The notes beneath the pieces were generated by a model. That model was given only the letters and a program-made list of their open reading frames with translations, did not search any database and was not told where the DNA came from. A stretch of 44,129 bases of DNA, from positions 1-44,129 of the forward strand of contig JAWWBL010000003.1 in the NCBI GenBank assembly GCA_033720975.1, written 5' to 3'. The DNA comes from Acidimicrobiia bacterium (GTDB lineage: Bacteria > Actinomycetota > Acidimicrobiia > Spongiisociales > ZC4RG35). Shown here piece by piece: positions 38,461-44,129 of the stretch (within the stretch, counting starts at the first letter, position 1; each line of letters begins with the position of its first letter). A program made the translations under genes and the position numbers.

Positions 38461-39875
38461 TCCACCTCCTGACAAAGCATCATGCGCAGTCTCGTCGAAG
38501 TGATCTTTCTCTGCTCGGCCGCCCCGTTGGCGATCTCCATCTCACGGCTGTTACCCAGCCGCTCCCGAGCGATGGACAGCATCTCCTCGCCGGTCCTTCC
38601 CGTCGCATACACGATGTAGGTGAAGCCGAACTTCTCCTCATAGGCCCGGTTCACTTCGGACAGCTCCTCGACCGAGTCCGCTGTCACCCCAGACTGTTCC
38701 CGGGATGAGACCGCGTCCCCGCGCTCGCCGATTCGGGGATGACCGGCAAAGGCTTCGAGCCAGTCCTCATCGGTGAGACGATCAAAGACCTCAAGGGCCT
38801 CTGCCATGACCGAGTCCACGCCAGCAAATGGCCGCTGTGACTTCATGGCCGCCACCCATGCCGTGCTGGCACAGGCAGTGTGAAAGAAGCTGTACGCCTG
38901 CTGGTCGTCGAGCGCGTTGAGATACTCGATCCTCTTCTCGCCTGCAGCCTGCGGGTTGGCTCGGCCCCAGACCCGCATGCGGGCCATCCCTCCGTCAGGG
39001 TGTATCGAGAGCCGGACAAAGCCGCAGGCCGTGGGGCTCTCCATTGGAAGGTGGTTCACGCTGTCCGGCTCCACCGCTTGATGGTCGATCACCGTCGACC
39101 AGTCTTCGCCGTCGTCGGAAACCTCCACCGAGACCCACCCCGGAGAGTTGCCTTTGAAGAAAGAGGTGTCGGCGTCGACGCTCTCGACCACACCGGCGAG
39201 CCCCAATCGGAAGCTTGCCCAGTCGTGACCCGGACCTCTTCTCCGCGCCGTCTCCCAGCCGTCCCACATCCCGGCAGGCTCGGTCGGCTGCAGCATTTTT
39301 GACGGCGGGTTGTAGTGATAGTTGGAGGCGTCGATGAACTCGCCTCCCACCATCAGGGAGGCCAGATCGATCAGCTGATCGGGGCACACCTCCTGCATGG
39401 CGGGGAGTGCCCTCCCATAGACGCGCAGCCGCGCCACCCCGCCGTCGGGGAAGATGTTCAGGCGGAGGTGTGTAACCCGAGGGCTTTCCTCGACCTGAAA
39501 GGTCGCCTTGGAGTCACCTTCGAGATCGGTCGCCGCCAGCAGCTCGAACCACTCGGCGTCGCCGAGACGGTCATCGGAGCCAACCCCGCAGCCCTCCAGA
39601 GAGAACTGCTCGGGGTAGTTGCCGGTGAAGAAAGCCGTGTCGATGTCCACGGTCTCCACTCGGCCGGGAATTCCCAGGGCCAGGATGCACCAGTCGTAGC
39701 CCGGCTCGCGCCTGCGGCGCGTTTCCCAGCCGTCCATCCACTTCCCGTGGTCGTCGTATACCCCCTCCTTCCACACCGGATCGGAGACCTTGATGAGATT
39801 GTCGGCGGGGGCGAAGAACTCGTCGTTGCACTCGACGATCCGCCCGCCGACGGCCTCGGAAAGGAGATCAGTCAT
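38457..39875 (-). CDS. alc: Allantoicase fused to C-terminal OHCU decarboxylase (Alc-UraD)
   Basis: Two allantoicase repeats (DGWETRRRR...PDGGVARLR; DGWETARRR...PDGGMARMR), followed in frame by EAFAGHPRIGE, SSREQ, NRAYEEKFGF and EQRKI..RL. Confidence 0.93.
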   Translation of the reverse strand: MTDLLSEAVGGRIVECNDEFFAPADNLIKVSDPVWKEGVYDDHGKWMDGWETRRRREPGYDWCILALGIPGRVETVDIDTAFFTGNYPEQFSLEGCGVGSDDRLGDAEWFELLAATDLEGDSKATFQVEESPRVTHLRLNIFPDGGVARLRVYGRALPAMQEVCPDQLIDLASLMVGGEFIDASNYHYNPPSKMLQPTEPAGMWDGWETARRRGPGHDWASFRLGLAGVVESVDADTSFFKGNSPGWVSVEVSDDGEDWSTVIDHQAVEPDSVNHLPMESPTACGFVRLSIHPDGGMARMRVWGRANPQAAGEKRIEYLNALDDQQAYSFFHTACASTAWVAAMKSQRPFAGVDSVMAEALEVFDRLTDEDWLEAFAGHPRIGERGDAVSSREQSGVTADSVEELSEVNRAYEEKFGFTYIVYATGRTGEEMLSIARERLGNSREMEIANGAAEQRKITSTRLRMMLCQEVE

Positions 39876-41157
39876 CACGCGCGAGCATCCTGCCATAGCC
39901 AGAGCGCGGTTTGCCGTCGAAGACCACTTCCCCTCGCAGGATCGTCTCGACCACCCGACCTCGCAGCGTCATGCCCTCATAGGGTGTGATCGGATGACGG
40001 TGGTAAAGGTCGGAGCCACGCACTTCGACCCTGGCGTCGGGGTCGAATACGACCAGGTCGGCATCGGAACCCTGTTCGATGGACCCCTTTTGGGACAATC
40101 CGGAGAGACGCGCCGGCTCGGTGCTCAACCATCTGGCTAGGGCAACCGGTCCGTAGCCACGCGCGGAAGCCCCGGTCCAGGTCGCGGGGAGTCGCAGCTG
40201 TAGGGAAGATATCCCGCCCCACGCCGCCAAGAAGTCACCCGTGGCCTGAGCCTTCAATTCGGGTGGGGCAGGAGAGTGATCGGAGACGATCATCGATATC
40301 GCGCCTGATCCAAGTGCCTCCCAGAGGCCCTCACGGTGTGCCGCCTCCCGGATCGGGGGCGCACACTTGAACAAGGTCGATCCGTCAGCGATCTGCTCGG
40401 CAGCAAAGGTCAGGTAGTGAGGACAGGTTTCCCCGCCGAGTGGGCCGCCTCCAATGATCCCGGCCGCGTCAGCCGAAGAGACGTGGAGCACATGGACCGC
40501 TGCGCCGGTCTCGCCGGCCAACCCTGACAACTCCGTCACTGCAGCAACTTCCGACTCAACTGGTCGTGAGCTCAGATAGGACTGATAAGAGGAGGTTTGG
40601 TCGATCTCGCCCAGGTGGTCTGCCGACTCGGCGTGGACGAGCGCCGGCACTCCTTCACCTGCCAGGGTCTCGAGAATCCCTCTCATCGAAGGGAGGCCAA
40701 GCGGTGGGAACTCCGCTACTCCCGAGTCCACCATGAACATCTTGAACCCGGATACGCCCTGTTGCACCATCGTGGGGATGTGGCCCTCGGAGCCCGGGAT
40801 CACGCCACCCCAGAACGCGACATCCACTGAGATCGCTCCGTGGGCTGACCGGCGCTTTGCCTCGAGAGCATCGTGATCAACGGTGGGGGGGACGCTGTTC
40901 AGCGGCATGTCGACGATCGTCGTGGTGCCCCCAGCTGCAGCCGCGAGGGTCGCCGTCCGGAATCCTTCCCACTGGGTACGGCCGGGCTCGTTGACATGCA
41001 CGTGAGAGTCGACCAGACCAGGCATGATGATCAGATCGCCCATGTCCTTGTCAGCGGGACCGTCAAAGACGTCCACGATCTGGCCCGACTCGTAACGAAT
41101 GGTGGCTGGCCTCAGCTCTTCACCGACAACGACCCTGGAAGACCTGATGGTTGGCAC
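39868..41157 (-). CDS. allB: Allantoinase
   Basis: DSHVHVNEPGRTQWEGF, DMPLNSVP, ETCPHYL, KCAPPIR, SDHSP, WGGISSLQ. Confidence 0.95.
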   Translation of the reverse strand: MPTIRSSRVVVGEELRPATIRYESGQIVDVFDGPADKDMGDLIIMPGLVDSHVHVNEPGRTQWEGFRTATLAAAAGGTTTIVDMPLNSVPPTVDHDALEAKRRSAHGAISVDVAFWGGVIPGSEGHIPTMVQQGVSGFKMFMVDSGVAEFPPLGLPSMRGILETLAGEGVPALVHAESADHLGEIDQTSSYQSYLSSRPVESEVAAVTELSGLAGETGAAVHVLHVSSADAAGIIGGGPLGGETCPHYLTFAAEQIADGSTLFKCAPPIREAAHREGLWEALGSGAISMIVSDHSPAPPELKAQATGDFLAAWGGISSLQLRLPATWTGASARGYGPVALARWLSTEPARLSGLSQKGSIEQGSDADLVVFDPDARVEVRGSDLYHRHPITPYEGMTLRGRVVETILRGEVVFDGKPRSGYGRMLARDD

Positions 41158-41214
41158 GCTCCAACCGTACCGGGCAGCCAGATCGGAGCGTCAGGCTTCA
41201 GTTAGTCTCGCCAC

Positions 41215-42492
41215 ATGTCCGATCTCCTCTCCCGGCACCAGGATGTGATCGCGCCGGTCATCGCGTACGACACCGACATACCGGCCGAGTCGGCCAACGG
41301 GTTATGGATCACAGCTACCGACGGTCGCAGGTGGGCAGACTTCGCCTGTGGAACGGCCGTGGTCAATCTCGGGCACAACCATCCCGCTGTCGTAAGAGCG
41401 GCGCATGATCAACTCGACCGTTTCGTTCATTCCGGATGCGTCTTCCGGTACGACACGATCGTCGAGGCTGCAGAGCGGCTGCGCGCCATTACCCCGCCCT
41501 CGATTGAGAAGTTCGCCTTCGCCAACTCAGGTGCGGAGGCAGTCGAGGCAGCAGTGAAACTCGCCAAGTACTCGACGGGTCGCCAGGGCGTGATCGCCTT
41601 CAGGGGCGGATTCCACGGGCGGACCATGGGATCGGTCACCTACACAACCTCGAACGCCAAGTATCGGGACGGGTATCACCCGGTTCTCGGCTCCGTGTTC
41701 GTAGCCCCCTTTCCTCACCCTTACCGCTGGGGAATGACCGACGACGAGGCGACCGCTGCGTGCCTCCGAGACCTACGACTGATGTTCAAGCACGTGGTGA
41801 CGCCGAAGAACATTGCTTGCTTCCTCATCGAGCCGGTCCAGGGTGAGGGTGGCTACTACCCGGCGCCGCCTGTGTTCCTCGACGAGCTGCGAGCGATCGC
41901 CGATGAGCACGGGATCCTGGTCGTCTACGACGAGGTCCAGACCGGCTTCGGGCGCACTGCCGAGTGGTTCGCCACCGACCACTTCGACGCAAAGCCTGAC
42001 ATCGTCGCCCTGGGCAAGGGAATCGCCAACGGCTTCCCCCTCTCTGCTTATGGGGCGCCGAGGGAGATGATCGACTCGTGGCCGGTGGGAGCCCACGGCA
42101 CCACGTATGGAGGCAACCCGATATCCACGGCGGCAGCCGTTGCGGTGATCGACACCATGGGCGGCCTCCTCCCACATGCTCGTGAGCTGTCGACGCACGC
42201 CTTCAACCGCTTCAACGAAATGGCAGAGCGTCACGAGACGATTGGCGATGTTCGTGGGCTGGGTTTGATGATCGGTGTGGAATTCATCGAGGACCGGGCC
42301 AGCCGCACACCGGACGCCAAGGCGTTCAAGCACGTTCAAGCCCATGCCTTTGACAACGAGTTGATCATCATCGAATGCGGGCCCGACGGGAACGTGCTCA
42401 GGTTCATCCCGCCGCTGATCACCACCATCGAGGAGCTCGACTGGGCCATCGACCTGGTCGACGCGGGGCTCGACTCCTGGGAGTCTCCCTAG
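41215..42492 (+). CDS. Class III PLP aminotransferase (GabT-like)
   Basis: NSGAEAVE, GGFHGRT, EPVQGEGG, DEVQTGFGRT, GKGIANG, HGTTYGGNP. Confidence 0.92.
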   Translation: MSDLLSRHQDVIAPVIAYDTDIPAESANGLWITATDGRRWADFACGTAVVNLGHNHPAVVRAAHDQLDRFVHSGCVFRYDTIVEAAERLRAITPPSIEKFAFANSGAEAVEAAVKLAKYSTGRQGVIAFRGGFHGRTMGSVTYTTSNAKYRDGYHPVLGSVFVAPFPHPYRWGMTDDEATAACLRDLRLMFKHVVTPKNIACFLIEPVQGEGGYYPAPPVFLDELRAIADEHGILVVYDEVQTGFGRTAEWFATDHFDAKPDIVALGKGIANGFPLSAYGAPREMIDSWPVGAHGTTYGGNPISTAAAVAVIDTMGGLLPHARELSTHAFNRFNEMAERHETIGDVRGLGLMIGVEFIEDRASRTPDAKAFKHVQAHAFDNELIIIECGPDGNVLRFIPPLITTIEELDWAIDLVDAGLDSWESP

Positions 42493-42499
42493 GAGAGCG

Positions 42500-42527
42500 G
42501 GAACCGTCACGGCGCACCCGGCATCCA
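42500..42527 (+). promoter_or_regulatory. Possible ECF promoter GGAACC-N16-CATCCA
   Basis: GGAACC at 42500-42505 and CATCCA at 42522-42527, 7 nt before the lipoprotein ATG. Confidence 0.3.
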
Positions 42528-42534
42528 AGTGTCC

Positions 42535-43338
42535 ATGAAACAACTCAGAACCGGGCTGCTTCTCGTCGCCGTGACCATCTCGGCCTGCGCCATCGATGCC
42601 GGCGGGATCGACCTCCCCGGCAAGGACGACTCGCCAGTCCTCCAGGTCCAGTCCGAGGGCGGGTTCGCTCCGGTCGAGTTCGTACTCGGCCGTGGCCCCC
42701 GGTACACCCTCCTCGCCGATGGCCGCCTGATATCGGAAGGTCCGGTAATCGCGATATTCCCCGGTCCACTTGTGCCGAATTACCAGGTGGTTTCAATCTC
42801 AGACGATCAGATGCGGTCGGTCCTGGAGGCGGTCGACAGGATGGGACTGCCGGAGATGACCAACGAAATGGACGACTCAGCTGCGTCAAGGGTGGCCGAC
42901 GCCACTACCGAGGTCGTCACCTATTGGGATGACGCCGGCGTGCACCGGTACTCCGTCTACGCGTTGGGCATCGACATCGACGTTCCGAGACGTGCGGAAA
43001 CTCAGGCCTTCGGTGACCTGCTGAATCTCCTCGACCAGCTTGTTGCCTCGGGAAATGATCCCGGCCCGTATGTTGCCGACCAGGTGCAGTACGTGGCGGG
43101 ACCGGGCTTCGCCGACCTGTCGTCCGATTTGAGGGAATGGCCTCTTGCAAACTCGGATTTCAGTGGTTGGAAGACCCTCCCAAACGGGTGGATGTGCCAG
43201 GTGCAGCCTGGAACGGTGCCTGCAGTCTTCGATGACGCCACTGTGGAGACGCAGTGGGCCCATCCCGAGACCGGTGAGCCGATGAAGCTGCTGGTCCGCC
43301 CGCTCCTGCCGGGTGAGGAGATCTGCTTCGGCAACTGA
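42535..43338 (+). CDS. Putative lipoprotein
   Basis: Signal peptide MKQLRTGLLLVAVT with lipobox ISA-C. Confidence 0.8.
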   Translation: MKQLRTGLLLVAVTISACAIDAGGIDLPGKDDSPVLQVQSEGGFAPVEFVLGRGPRYTLLADGRLISEGPVIAIFPGPLVPNYQVVSISDDQMRSVLEAVDRMGLPEMTNEMDDSAASRVADATTEVVTYWDDAGVHRYSVYALGIDIDVPRRAETQAFGDLLNLLDQLVASGNDPGPYVADQVQYVAGPGFADLSSDLREWPLANSDFSGWKTLPNGWMCQVQPGTVPAVFDDATVETQWAHPETGEPMKLLVRPLLPGEEICFGN

Positions 43339-43339
43339 T

Positions 43340-43375
43340 ACCCACCCATTCTGTGCGGAATGGGGGGGTTTGCTT
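43340..43375 (+). terminator. Putative intrinsic terminator between convergent genes
   Basis: Hairpin ACCCACCCATTC-TGTGCG-GAATGGGGGGGT followed by TTGCTT. Confidence 0.55.
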
Positions 43376-43377
43376 GG

Positions 43378-44129
43378 TTAGTGGGGGCCGGAGTACACCG
43401 GAACCCGCGCCATAGCCTCCTCGATGCGCTCCTGGGGATGCTCGTGGTCGACCATCTGTCCCGAGAGGAAGTCGTCGTAGGCGGCCATGTCGAAATGGCC
43501 GTGCCCACTCAGGTTGAACAGGATCACCTTCTCCTCACCGGCTTCCTTGGCCCGCTCGGCCTCGAGCATCGCCTCGGCTACGGCGTGGGTCGGCTCAGGA
43601 CCGGGGAGGATGCCCTCGACCCTGGCGAACTCGACCGCCTTGGAGAAGGTGGTGTTCTGGTTCAACGCCACCGACTCGATAAGCCCAAGCTCCTGGAGGT
43701 GTGAGACCAACGGCGCCATCCCGTGATAGCGCAGTCCCCCGGCATGAATCGGGTCCGGAACGAAAGGATGGCCCAGGGTGTGCATCTTCAGAAGAGGGGT
43801 CATCTGTCCGGTGTCACCGAAGTCGAATTGATAGGACCCTTTGGTCAGTGACGGTGACGCAGCCGGTTCCACCGCCCTGATGACAGGATCGATCGACCCG
43901 GCGATCTTCTCCCTGATGAACGGAAGAACCATTCCCGCAAAGTTCGAGCCGCCCCCTGTGCAGCCGATTATGACGTCGGGTGTCTCTTCGACCAGGGCCA
44001 TTTGCTTGAGGGCTTCCTCTCCGATGACGGTCTGATGCATCAGCACGTGGTTGAGCACCGAACCCAGTGAGTACTTGACGTCCTCGTTGGTGGCTGCCAC
44101 CTCGATCGCCTCTGAGATGGCTATACCCA
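43378..44129 (-). CDS. trpB2: TrpB2 (TrpB-like PLP enzyme), 5' end beyond window
   Basis: [26 protein letters not shown]...[25 protein letters not shown]. Confidence 0.9.
   Translation of the reverse strand, partial: GIAISEAIEVAATNEDVKYSLGSVLNHVLMHQTVIGEEALKQMALVEETPDVIIGCTGGGSNFAGMVLPFIREKIAGSIDPVIRAVEPAASPSLTKGSYQFDFGDTGQMTPLLKMHTLGHPFVPDPIHAGGLRYHGMAPLVSHLQELGLIESVALNQNTTFSKAVEFARVEGILPGPEPTHAVAEAMLEAERAKEAGEEKVILFNLSGHGHFDMAAYDDFLSGQMVDHEHPQERIEEAMARVPVYSGPH

Overview
High-GC actinobacterial chromosomal window, probably Acidimicrobiia-like (inferred from gene content and protein style, not verified). It centres on nitrogen and purine metabolism. It holds glnA (type I-beta GS) with phased GlnR-like boxes and an interleaved de novo purine cluster (purA-purD-purE, purB, purC-purS-purQ-purL, purF-purM; purK, purN and purH are absent). 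A purine catabolic cluster converges head-on with it: adenine deaminase, three-subunit xanthine dehydrogenase, 8-oxoguanine deaminase, HIU hydrolase, an allantoicase-OHCU decarboxylase fusion and allantoinase. That cluster has no uricase or ureidoglycolate lyase but contains an uncharacterised HpcH/CitE-fold enzyme. Between purL and purF lies an accessory block that includes an ECF sigma/anti-sigma cassette. The cassette is flanked by a duplicated, decayed 3' end of dsbA and carries twin back-to-back TGTCAG-N14-GGACTTATA promoter-like motifs. Many genes look leaderless (TANNNT 6-8 nt before the start codon). Two families of small intergenic palindromic repeats are present. No tRNA, rRNA, CRISPR array, transposase or integrase was recognised.
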